Made by a program: the position numbers and the translations under genes. From assembly GCF_009914755.1 (NCBI RefSeq), contig NC_060936.1: a DNA stretch of 64,000 nucleotides; one strand, written 5' to 3'. This document shows positions 12,843 to 26,712 of this stretch, one piece after another (position 1 is the stretch's first letter; every line of letters starts with the position of its first letter). The stretch comes from the human T2T-CHM13v2.0 reference genome, Homo sapiens. Under the pieces are notes generated by a model. The model did no database searches. It was not told where the DNA came from and saw nothing but the letters and a program-made list of their open reading frames with translations.

Positions 12843-13510
12843 AGCATTTAACAAATATTTATTGCAATCTCCTATGTGCTAGTAACTGCTTTAGGCACTG
12901 AAGACACAGCTATGAACAAGAGAGATAAGACCCTACCTACATATATTCTAATGGTGAGAGCAGGCAGATAACAAATGACTAATAAATTATTAAGAAAAAT
13001 AATCATCCCATGATGATGATTGCTATAAAGAAAACAAAACATGGTAATATGACAGGGAGAGACTGAGACTACCCTAGATTGGGTGGCAAAAAAATGCCTC
13101 CTGACAAGCTGTTATTTGAGCTAAGATCAGAAACACCAAGGAAAATTCAGCCATTTGAAGGTAAGAAGGAAGAATATTCCCAGCAGAGAGGCCCAATGTT
13201 TGAAAGGCCCCATGTGGACAAGTTTAGTATTTGTAAGGAACAGAAAAAATCAGCATATGGCTAAAATACACTGAGGGAGGGATGCAAATCTTAAGAGATG
13301 AGATCAGAGAGATGAGCAAGAACTGGGCCATAGAAGCTTCATGCACCAACATGGGGAAGAGTGACATGACTGATTTGTTTAGAAAAATCATTCTGGCTAC
13401 TGTTCAGAGGACTGACTCTATAGTGCAAGTGGGGGTGATTAGAATGGAATTTCAGAAACCAGGTAAGAGGTCATTGCCACAGAGCAGGCAAGAGGTGATA
13501 GTAATGGGAG
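12843..13510 (-). mobile_element. L2 3' fragment
   Basis: catttaacaaatatttattg...ctatgtgc...taggcactgaagacacagctatgaacaag. Confidence 0.8.
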
Positions 13511-13539
13511 AGTCTAAGAAGCCGAAATGTAATAAGGAT

Positions 13540-14526
13540 AAACATAATATATGTTTTATATCAACAATTCCCCCCAAAAAACAATAGCACACTATAAGAT
13601 GGGAGATTCATGAGTGAGCAGCAGCACAGAGTGAAAAAACACAGAGGGAAACAAAATAATGGAGGTATATCAGTGGGACGCAGAAGCCAACCTGAAGGAG
13701 CTCCCAATGGCCAAAGCTGAAACAATTTGGGCAACAAAATAAATAGCATACTCTTGTATCATAATCCAAGGATCAAACAAATATCCATGAGTCCATATTG
13801 ATAGAAATTAGTGATTGAATTGATCATAACTGGGAGAGAAGAGACTAATCTCCACTACACAATTCCAAACAATTCTTGTAAATACTCCCCAGTCAAGAAG
13901 GTGGAGTTTAACTCCCCTCCTCTTGAGCAGGGGCTGCTCTTCCAACGAGAACAAACAGTATGGAAAGGGAGAACAGAGTAACTTTACACTAGAGAAACCT
14001 TGGCCAGGTGAAAAAGGTTAGTGTCATCAGCAATAAGCCATGTTGACAGCGTGTGCCCTTGGTATGATGTGATGAAAACGGCACTTCAGCTTTGTGACCT
14101 TCCTCTCCCAACCCCACAAGCCCCATCCATCCATGAGGAAAACATCAGACAAGCACAGACTGAGGGACATTCTAAAAATACCTGACTGTCAAGGTCACGA
14201 AAAACAAGGAAAATCTGAGAAACTGTCACAATCCAGAGGAAGCTAATGAGACATGACAACTAAAAGTAATACAGTAGCTTGGATGGGACTCTGGAACAGA
14301 AAAATGACACTACGGAAAAAAAACTAAAGACATCTAAATAAAGTAGAGTTGACTTAGTAGCATTGTACCAATGTTTGTGCATTTGTTGTGCCAAACAAAC
14401 TATAACAACATAATATGTTAACAACAATGATAGCTGGATACAGGGTAAATAGTAACTGTCTATACTATCTTCGCAACTTTTCTATAAAACTATTGTAAAA
14501 TCAAAGATTTTATGAAAAAATAAAAA
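13540..14526 (+). mobile_element. Ancient L1 (L1MC/L1MD) 3'UTR
   Basis: ggagctcccaatggccaaagctg, gagggacattct, aaggtcacgaaaaacaaggaaaatctgagaaactgtcac; ends in an A-rich tail. Confidence 0.85.
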
Positions 14527-14599
14527 GCAGAGAGGTCTTGTATTGCTTCCCATCAACAGAAGTATGGGCAAATGGGAGCCACAGCCACCTCTACTCAGT

Positions 14600-15300
<701 letters not shown>

Positions 15301-15564
15301 AGTATTTGAACTACAGGGGACTTCTTGGTATTAAATACTAAAATTTAATGCTTTCCTGATGCTTTACCACCACTTAATAAATAAGAGGAAACTAGTTGTG
15401 TCCTTAATTCCTGTTGCACTATGGTATTTCTATACCTTATTCACTTTTAAGTTTTCACTATTAACAGATACTTTTGCTTGCTTATCTTTTTGAGGTGCAT
15501 TTTAACTGTGGGTAGACCTTTTTAACTACGTTATTGGAATAATGTGGAGTAATATACCCCTATA

Positions 15565-16455
15565 TTATTATCTCCAGCCCAGACCTCACTCCTGATTTCA
15601 AGATTCACCAATCCAATTGCTGCTTTGACCTCTCCACATGAAGGTCTAACAGGCATTTCCATCTTAATGTGTCCAAAACAAACCTCCTGACATTCCATCC
15701 AAACCTGCACCTCCCTCAGTCTTCCTCATCTCAGGAAATGCCACCAGCCTGTACCTAATTTCCTCCCCGCTACACCCCGCTTCCATTTCATTAGCACATC
15801 CTAGGTTTAATTAATTCTCTACTTCTCTCCATCACAACTACCACCCCAAGTCCAAACTAGAACTTCCTACACTATTACAATCACTTCCTAACTGGATCCT
15901 CTACTCTCTTTCCTGTAATTTATCATTCACAAAGCAATCAGAGGGAAGACTACACAGTCTACAACCTCCTTACCCCTTCTTACAAACCTCCAACAGCTCA
16001 CCAGCACACTTACAAAAAAAATTCTAATTCCTTACTCTGTGTTCTCGCTCTTATCAACTCTCCAAACTCTTCTTACTATTTTCCTCCTTGCCAATGCTCC
16101 AACCACATTAGTCTTCTCTCTGTTCCTCCATAACCTCAAGTTTGTTTCTCCCTTGAGGATACTGAACTAACTGTTCTCTCTGCCTAATATGTTCTCCCCA
16201 TGATCTTCAAAATATCTAGGTCCTTATTATTTTACACTGGCCATTAAGGCACTCTTCATCACATCAGCCTGTTTTAACTCTCTGCAGAGCAGTTACCGCT
16301 CGTTGACATTTTCATGTCGCTTTGTGTTGCTTTTGTCTGTGAGTTTTCTGAGAACAGGAACCTTGTGCAGCTTATTTACAGCTGTAGCATCAGACCCAAA
16401 ACAGGGCCTGGAAGATAATAGTAGTAAATATTTTTTCAAGAAATTAGTGAATTTA
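15565..16455 (+). mobile_element. L2 fragment
   Basis: tatctccagcccagacctc...tctaacaggcatttccatcttaatgtgtccaaaac and an L2-type 3' end. Confidence 0.8.
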
Positions 16456-16884
16456 ATATATGTGAAGATGACATCCTGTTATCTGACTTAAAATCTTCTA
16501 GATCTTTTCTAACTTTTGAAGTAATAAGAACCATCTTCTAAAATATAATTAACAGTAAGTGAACACATGGTAACCATCAAATCACACTCATCCACCAGTC
16601 TTTTCCCACATTGCCCAAATTGACTCTTGTGCCCCTCAGTCCTTTGTGTATGTTTATGCCACTCCTGTGACTGAAATCCTCTCCTGAAGTGTTCCCTAGC
16701 CCCCACACATTATCTATGAAAGTATTATCATCCATGAAAATTACTACCTATCTTTAAGACCAAATCCTAAGACTACCTTTCTTTTGACACACTCTCTGTA
16801 AAATGAGTATGCGCAACCACAATATTTGTCTCCTTAATGACAACACTAATCTCAATGAGGAAGCTGGGTATTATTATAAATAGG

Positions 16885-17110
16885 AATTTCCCAAAATTTG
16901 TTCCTTAGAACAGGACTTGAGATAATTTATGAAATTCACATTTATGAAATTCACCTTAGCTTGGGAAACACTGCAAAATATACCTACTTTTAGGGATTCA
17001 CAATGCACAATGTGGAAGCCACTGGAAGCATCCCACAGTAAGTAATGTGTGGGGTTTCACTTTCTGTAACTCAAACTTTGTTGTTTTCCATTATTTGACC
17101 ATAGAAGCAC
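16885..17110. mobile_element. hAT-Charlie MITE remnant (Charlie4z-like)
   Basis: tttcccaaaatttgttcc...gggaaacactgc...gattcacaatgcaca...ttatttgaccatagaa. Confidence 0.5.
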
Positions 17111-17121
17111 CAATCATCTTC

Positions 17122-18360
<1,239 letters not shown>

Positions 18361-18429
18361 CATCTTTTTAAAAAAATGAATATCTAATATTAACTCTTCA
18401 TGGAAGATAATCTGAAGGACACCTGAAGA

Positions 18430-18660
18430 GTGATTAAGAAGATGGGTTTTAGAAGTCTGCAGGTCTGTAGACTTTCATTTTAACCTGGGCTCTAACCGAT
18501 ATTAGAGAAATGATCATGAGCAAGTAACTAAACCTCTCTGGGCCTCCACTTTCCCATGTTTAAAATGGAGTTGAATATGACTACTGCATAGGGTTAGTAT
18601 AAACATTGAATAAGAATGGCATGATGCCTGGGACGCTGTAGCTACTCTAGGAATTATAGA
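18430..18660 (+). mobile_element. MIR
   Basis: Core gagcaagtaactaaacctctctgggcctccactttcccatgtttaaaatgg. Confidence 0.7.
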
Positions 18661-21600
18661 TGCCATTAGAAAAGTAATAATTTGTATTATTCTTTTACCT
18701 CAGTGAAATCAGGAATCAGGTCTTCACTTTCACATCTCCTGCAAGATCCAGCAGATATCATACAAAGAGACTTAAGAGTTTGCACACTGAATGCTTTGGG
18801 CAGAATATGGCCCAAACACATGTTCTGACTGGCTATCACATGGTCTTGAAGGCTTCAGACCTCACACCATCCCAATTGCTTATATAAGGCTCAATTAATA
18901 GATTTATGTCATCTACCTCATCCTGAGGCATTAGAGCTTGCAACTCCTTAGACAGAAGTCCTCAATTAATGTTTATCGAGTTGCTTGATCTCAGTGTATT
19001 CTGGCTTCCTTCCCTACCAAATACCTAAATATTTGACATACATCTCTTCAGAAAGAGTAGCTTGCGTAAAGCAATGATTTACATATTTAAAATCGAACTT
19101 ATAAGGTAAAATGTGTAGTTTAAAAAATTATCCAACCTAATGTGCACCTCCTTCCTCCACTTCATCACAGAGGTCATCCACAGTTACTGGAGAAGTTCGG
19201 AGCAGGAATGTGTCCCTTGGGACTGGCCACTAATGCCACCTCCCAGAGGGTGGGAGGCATTCTTACCTGGAGAGGCTAGACTGATGACCTTGAGAGGACC
19301 ATTTCACCCTTGAGTTTCTAGGAAATCATTGGAATTTAAAATAAAGCACTAAAAAGAATTTGAAGAGACCACCAAGGACATCACCCTGCCTGTTAGAATA
19401 TTTTTATATCTCCAGGTTCAATGTTGAAGTGTGAAGGCTTTAGCTATAAGAGAAATTGATGGGTTAGAGGGCAAGAAAGCTTAGGGGGAGAGAAGAGAAA
19501 GGAAAAGAAGAATCCAAGGATAAAGGAATTTATGCCCTCCCAATTAACCTTACCAAGGACCTCAAAATTCCCAAGGCAACCTTGATTCTACCTTTCTTTC
19601 TTTTGTTTTCAAATATGGAATTTTCCCCAGGCCTAATGTTAGAATTGAGCATATTCTTCCTTTGATTTATGAGAACATTCAGGGAATATAAGGTCATGAA
19701 AGTTAGCAAACCAGCTGGCTTCAATGCAAAGTAATTAAATAGAAAGTCTTAAAAACTTAAAATCCTTACTAGACTTGTTTCAGAAGAATGTTAAATCTAT
19801 TTTCCTTTGCATTTAAAGTACCTTCTTCTTATATTTTTTAAATATTTATTCTAGATTTACATTAACCTTTCTCTGATGACAGGAGTGGACCTAATTCAGA
19901 AAATCTATTGAAGAGTAGAAATTGGAGCTCTGCATTTGTGGTTAAAACTACTGGTGGACAACCACATTTCAGGAAATACATGGTTAAAGCAATTAGATAA
20001 CCATAAATGCCTGTTAGTTCAGAAAAGCAAAGTTAAATGCTAGAATTTTTTTTCCTTAAAAAAAAGGCACTATGTTTTGAAATAATAAAAAAAAATCTGA
20101 TTTCTTAAGTTGAGCAAAAGTGCATGCTGAAGTGGTTACACTCTACTCATGAAAGCAATCTAGTCAGAGTGGCATTAAGATGTAGGTTTATAAGCTAACC
20201 ATAGCTTAATACTTAGGTAAAATACCTACACCAACCATTGAGCTTGTTTATTTATTTTTCAACTCCTTTTATACTATGCTTAACTATCCTTAAATTGTAC
20301 TTAGTAATATCTTATAGACCAGGAGAGCCTCTCCAGTTCTAGGTGTTGCAATTCGTTTGTAATATACCTATTTAGACATTCATGGTTAGTAATTTCTCTA
20401 ACAGAAATGATGGCTTGAAACAATTCTCTTGCAGGTGTGATCCTGAGCACATTCACACAAGCAAATCACTCCTACATCCAGCAGCTAGGAAAGAGAGCCA
20501 ATTTCTGGTAAATGGATATGATAGCCAATTAAAGGAAACTAACTGGTAGCAAGCTTAGATGACAAAACAAGAGCCAATTTTCTGTGACTTTTGCTTGCAG
20601 TACCAAGGCATGCTTTAATAGAGTGGCTTCAGGTGTTGATACTCCATCAGCGTCTACATCTCTCTGATTCAGCATGACATAATAGCTCTTTCATTTTTGA
20701 AGGCCGAGTGTTTCCATTTTCTTGTATACTATAGATATCCAAGAGCAAAGAGAGTTGCCACATTACATTTCTCCAAATAAAACCATAGGGTAGTCAAATT
20801 AATCTAATTATCTGTGACCCAATTTGCTAATACTGCTAAAAGCAATGGTAGAGAGGGCTTCTCTAGAGCTATATTCTTTGTTTCTTCATTCATTCTCTTG
20901 TTTTATTAATTTCCCACCAAAAATGCACCTGCTTAAGTATTCCGTGAATAAACCTGAACTATTGAAAAAGCGTGCTCTGTCTACCGGCATTTGGAAAACC
21001 TAATGAGGAGAGAATAGAGATTGTCTTGAGTTTCTATTAAGGTCTGAACAATTCTAAAGTGATCCAGCATCACAATCCTACTTAAGCAAGCAACTCTCAG
21101 GTGATTAATAAAACAGGTTAAACTACTGGCTCATCAGAGATCAGACATATCACTTGCACCTTCTTCCATGAAATTGCATGCTGTGTGAATTTTCTACTTG
21201 CTTCTTTCTTATCTCACTTTTATTCCTCACCCTTGACAGTATCCACTCTGGTCTCTGCCTCACAGATACAAACATGTGGCAGATTAAGGCATTTTAAAAA
21301 AATAGCTTTGCATTCTATAGTAACAGATGCACAAGTATTTACGGGAATCGCTTTCTTTCTATTTTTTCCACTTAAGAATTTACATTGACCCTCCATCTTT
21401 GGAAGCAAAAGACTTAATCCAAAAACCTCTGGTTTTTAAAAATTTCTTCTTCAATGCACTGTCATTCTGAATTTTTAATATTTGTAATGAGTAAAATTAT
21501 ATGCTTGGAACGCACCCTTCCATATAATGGTATTACAACTAAATTTTTATTTGAATTATGTTTATGGTAATAATAACTAATTTTTTTTCATGACATAGGT

Positions 21601-22539
21601 TAAAAGTCTGCAGCCTCTAATTTGACAGGAACTCTATTATCACTTTCTGCAAAATTAGACAGGAAAGAATATTAAGACATCTAAAATCTGACACAAATAG
21701 AAATCACTTTCACTCTCTCTTCTTAGAAAAAAAGATGATTATATGCTGTTTGACATCCTATTTTCAGGCCAACTAAGGGGATACAGAGCCTCACACCTCG
21801 TTTATCCCACCAAATATGTCCACTGCAAGAATGCATTGATATTTGAATACACTGAGCTTCCTTAGATAGTGGATCAAGTTAGCTTTATCTTCTTGATGGT
21901 CTCATCCATGTAGCCCCCTTTGTTAGAACATAAAATACCTTCCCTGCAGGGTCGCAGCCCACAGGGTTAATCCATTGCACAGGAGAAACACATAGTCCTC
22001 AAACAGGTAATCAGCTAATTAAAAATGGGTGAACATCATTGACGCAGGAAGAGTTCCTCTATTTGAAACTGGAACAGAACCTGAACAGAATCTTTTCTTA
22101 AAGTTCCAAAGTGGCTGATTTTCTAGGTGGCTTGTATAACTATTATTTTTTAGATGTCTCATACTGTATGTAAGCACTTTTTGTTCTGGATATAACTACA
22201 AATGAAACTCCAAGAGCCACAGCTGTTGATAATGGTGCCTTTGAAGAGATGTGTATGAGAGAGATCCCTTAGAAACAGCATAAAAAGTCTGTCCTTCTAT
22301 AAAGTTCAGTCAAGATTTCATAGCAGAGTATGTTGATTAATTTCACTTTGGAGAATGCATTCATGGAGCCCACGCTCAAAATAACACCTCCAACTATGTG
22401 CAGAGATTTTGAAGTTTAGCATTTCCCTAAACATCCCTGAAAGTGATAGCATTCCAATGAAGACTGATAGTCGGCTGAGTATGAGTCAATGACCCTGAGA
22501 TGCTAGGAAACTTTCTAGACTCACTCAGTAGAGGCTTGT

Positions 22540-22903
22540 GCTGTGCCCCTGGATGTCCCTCCAGGACCAAGGCCCTCCTTCCAGCTGCCGGGAGGTCTGA
22601 CTGCTGATCACTCCCAAGCGATTCTTCCCCAGAACTGCCCACAGTAGAATGACTGTCCTACAAAGCGTCTAGGAGTAGAGAGGCCCAGTATCCTTACCTC
22701 AGCTACGAACAGCTCTGCGAGGCCATGCAGTCCAAAGCTCCCCATGGATTAGCTGAGCTCTGAGTTGTGGCTGCATCTCAGTCCGCTTCCTCCCTCTGCC
22801 TGGTACTGGAGAGCAGAGGCGAAAGTCTTACTCCTCACAGGTGTTAATCCTGAGAGCACTTGCAATCTCTAACTCAGCACCTCAGGAAACCCAGCCCAAG
22901 AGA
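22540..22903 (+). mobile_element. LTR16-family (ERVL) solo LTR
   Basis: Similar to 11335-11762: aagctccccatggattagctgag...ctgcatctcagtcc...ctcacaggtgttaatcctgagagcac...ggaaacccagcccaaga. Confidence 0.7.
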
Positions 22904-22944
22904 CTTCACAATGAGAGTGGCTGGAGGGCAACATAGAGATACTG

Positions 22945-23450
22945 TAATTCAACTTTTCCTCTTTTGTAAAAAATAAAGAAACCTCAGCCAAGAACAGTTA
23001 AACAATTTCCGCCAAATCAAAATCTAGTTAGTCCCAGGACCAGAGCCTCTATTTCTGGACTTACAGGTGGGTGTTCCTTTATTAGAAATGGTTTTCTTCA
23101 AGGAACTTTTAAGTAAATGTCACCTAACAAAATCACATTTGAGCTTAAATCTGGCCAAGTAACAGTTAACATTCCATCTCTATTCAGGGTCCCATGTGCC
23201 ATATCATATTTCTAGAAACTCTACTAAGGAAGAAGGGTCAGAATGCATGAGAGAGATTTAAGGCATCAGGGTGGTTGAGGTGGAAGTACCTTTCTTCTGC
23301 ATGTCTACTGACTATGCCAGGATCTTCACATGTTATCTTATCTAGCCTTCACAGCAAGTCAGTGAAGGGAATATGCCTGTTCTTACTTAACAAATGAAGG
23401 AACTGAGGTTCAGTTAGGTCATGTGGGAACTGACCACAGAGCTCTTGATG
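22945..23450 (-). mobile_element. Two MIR fragments
   Basis: MIR cores taaagaaacctcagccaagaacagttaaac and aaatgaaggaactgaggttcag. Confidence 0.5.
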
Positions 23451-24769
23451 TGTCCATTCACCCAAGCACCTCACTGGGACTCCTAATAAACATTCGCTAT
23501 CTCCCTTGGCTCACCAAGTTTGCAAATGTGAAAGCTTCATTATCATTTACCTTCCTGAGTCTCACTAATTAAAGACAGCTTCCCCACATAATATACCTGT
23601 GAACCTGACTCGTTATAAATAAAAATCAACAATGCTACACTTTCCAGAGTGTGATTAGCATTCATGATTTCATAGTGCCAAAATAAATCATTTACTTTGA
23701 AAGATCAGTAAACCTAAAACACATTCTTACGGCTGTGTAGCCAGTATAAAAAATTTACAATGTCATCCCTTAACTAGGCACTTAAGAAATCATTTGGCAG
23801 TTTACTTTTTGCCAAATGCCATACATTGTTTTAATGTCAGATAGGAAGCAAAAGTTATTTATAGATTGAAATATAATACTATTAAAGCTCAATCTTATAT
23901 ACAGTAACACATTCCAAATAGAGTTCTCAACACTACATTTTAAAGCGCAAATCGCTGTATTCAATACCAGCATATGAATATCATCTTCTTAATAGAGTAC
24001 CAGATGTGACTAAGACTCCAAAAGAGGAGACAGTTAAAAGAAAAACCTAATAATGTCAATGGTGTATTTTTTACCTTAACCTGAAAATTAATTTTTGTGA
24101 CTAAACTTCTAAAACCTGTTTTTTTTAAAATATATACGTCTGTGAATCACAGTAGGCCAGTCAACAGGAGCCACAGTTAAATGTGAGTTTCCAACAATGG
24201 TTGTTGCTTTTACCAATGCTAGGCTTTGACATTTTAGTTAATCTAAGTAATTTTTTAAGAGATTAGCATTTCTTATTTGGGCATACAGACACAACATTTT
24301 TAGCCTTGTGGGACTGTGTTTTCATAGTAAGATAAGCCTTTGGATAATTTCCCTTTGGGGAAATTCTAGTATTTGTAGTTTTATGAGCACCAATTGTTAT
24401 ACTTTAGTTATAACAAGGCAGCTTCTGGATTCTATAAATAAAAGAATTTCCCAATATCAGACAATTTTTAAATAAATAAACAAAAATGGAAAATAATTTT
24501 AATGCAAACTGATTATTGCCTCAAAAGTGAAGGAGCTGTCTCCATTCTTGCATAAACAGAACAATGTTCTATTTATTTCCAACATATAGGATGACTACCA
24601 CTGGTTTTGAGGGCTATCACTGGTTTTACTTTATAGGCTTAAAAATTAGTGGGCATTATAGATAAGGGAAGATGAGATAAAATGAAATGTAAAATACTAA
24701 GAGTGTTCTCTCAACTCAGATTACTATTTTCCATTTTTATTCTATAAGGAAATCAGTTCCTTCCTAAAT

Positions 24770-24977
24770 AGGGATGTGAGGTAAAATACAGGACACTCAA
24801 GTAAATTTGAATTGCAGGTAAACTATTTTTTTTTTTAGTATAAGTATGTCCCATGCAATATTTGTATTGTGCATGTGAATCACCTGAATATCTTGTTAAA
24901 ATGCATGTTCTGATTCAGCAAGCCTGGGATGGCGCCTCAGTGTCTGTTTTTTTAAATTTGTTAAATCTGGCAACGTA
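24770..24977. mobile_element. MER53-like hAT MITE carrying an internal MER5B-like segment
   Basis: aaatacaggacactcaagtaaatttgaatt...tagtataagtatgtccca and right end aaatctggcaacgta; 8-bp TCCTAAAT at 24762-24769 and 24978-24985. Confidence 0.8.
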
Positions 24978-25229
24978 TCCTAAATTATTTTTAAAGGAAG
25001 AAACTGCTGAAGAGAATATCATTAAATGTTTATTTGTGGACTAATATTTGACATTAATGCATAAAATGATGAATTGTTTTTTTACTTATATATTTGGTTC
25101 AGTGTCTTCTCTAAAAACTCCAGAATGACTGCAAAAATTAAAACCCTGAGTAGACTTTTAAAAATATTATTTATGACATTATCATCTATGGGCATTTTTT
25201 TTCTTCATCTTCCAGGGTCCATTCTCTAC

Positions 25230-25412
25230 TCAGTCATGTTCAACGTGAGCTGAACGCCAAAATCAGCTGGAGAGCTTCTTTAAAATCCTGATACCCGGCC
25301 ACATTCCACTTAATTAAAGACAAATCTCTGGGGGGTAGGATGGGACCCAGATATAGATGTTTTTAATTTTCCCAAGTGATTCTAATTGCAGCCAAGATTG
25401 GAAACCTGCCCT
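25230..25412. mobile_element. MER5A/MER5A1-like hAT-Charlie MITE
   Basis: aatcagctggagagctt...aatctctggg...cccaagtgattctaattgcagccaagattggaaacc. Confidence 0.7.
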
Positions 25413-25414
25413 TA

Positions 25415-25582
25415 TCCTTACTAAACAAAGTGTGATCTGGGAACCAGCAACATCAGCCTCAGTTAGCAACTTGTTAGTAACACAGAATCTCAGACCCCAC
25501 CCTAGGCCTTTTGAATCAGAACCTGAATTTTAACAACATCTCCGGGTGATTCATATGCACATTATAATTTGGCAAACACTTC
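25415..25582. mobile_element. MER5B-like hAT-Charlie MITE
   Basis: caaagtgtg...accagcaacatcagc...agaatctcagaccccacc...gaatcagaacctg...ggtgattcatatgcacatta. Confidence 0.8.
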
Positions 25583-26700
25583 TCTAAATCATTTAGAGAT
25601 AACAACTAAATGGAGCCATGTTTATCACTTTCACCTTATTAACTGGAATTCTAGAACATTCCAAGATAGTAAAACTTGTGTAGGTAAGTACAATCACTAT
25701 AGAAGAGACCAAAAGAAATTGTCAGTACTCTCCCACTGCAATCACTTTAGACTTTGAACAGAAATAAGATGAACTACCCAAAAAGACACTGCTGGTATCA
25801 ATTCTCAAAGGACAGCACACCTGATCCCGACCAAAACTCTATAAGCCAAGAAGTCAACATCCAAATAGGGATGATTGTTTCCGTTCCCCCTCTCCCTAAT
25901 CCCAATTCCAGTCACTAAAGCTACCTTTCTTACAGAAATATATGCCCCACTTAAGGTCCTTTGTCACGAAGTGCTGGTTTATCTGTGGTGACTTGCTAGT
26001 ATGTTTTCCAAGCCATGAATTTGCAGGTTTCTTGCGCACGCTCCATCAAGTGATGGAGTGCTGTTTCTGAATGATGGTCCATTCAAAGAAACCTGACAAG
26101 GTAACCTAGACACACCAGAATCAAGCATTCACATCAAAGCTCAAAGCTAGGTGCTATGATGTGTAGAGTATCTGGAAGCCTTCCTGTCAACTTGTCTTTC
26201 CACATATAACTGGAGTTTTATTTGCAATCAATTTCTTGTGCTAAATAATGTCCCCTGCTTCTCCAGTTAAATATAAGTACGATAATCCTAAGAAGTTATC
26301 ACATTTATTTTCTTAAATCTTATTGTTGAATTAATTTATCGATTTTTTCAATCTAAAAGGAGAGATGAGTTCTGGGTTCCTGGAGACATTAAGAATCAGG
26401 GAAGGGAATAAAGAAAGAAACCGACAGGAGTATACAGGGTACCAAAGGAAAACTGTCTACTGTATCATTTTACTTTCAAATGACCTGTATTAATACCTAA
26501 AGATGACACTTCCAATCCATATGAACAAGAATAATGCTTCATACTTGTATAATTATCTTGTATTTTTTCAAATTTATTTGAACTATAAAAGAACTATTTT
26601 AGTAGAGAGTGGCCAGCTGCTGAGTTTAAAAAAATATATTTCAGGGAAACATTAAGACATATTAATTTTTAGTTATCGTACATTTTATATCATACCTTAC

Positions 26701-26712
26701 AATACTGTGGAG
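26701..26712 (-). other. Candidate microexon (12 nt; overlapping 9-nt alternative at 26696-26704)
   Basis: Minus strand reads ctcaatttttctctgcttcag|CTCCACAGTATT|gtaaggtatga. Confidence 0.35.

Noticed and set aside
16926-16955. 15-bp tandem duplication atttatgaaattcac
   Set aside because: Ordinary slippage within a decayed MITE; not an array.
26024-26095. Hammerhead ribozyme reading of the three-way junction (CTGAATGA...GAAA)
   Set aside because: The core has an extra base versus CUGANGA and no proper stem II forms between the core halves; kept only as a generic fold.
26050-26096. Box C/D snoRNA-like pattern GTGATGG...CTGA ATGATGG...CTGA
   Set aside because: Both C boxes are imperfect, there is no spacer between D' and C', no terminal stem, it is too short, and it is opposite to the inferred host strand.
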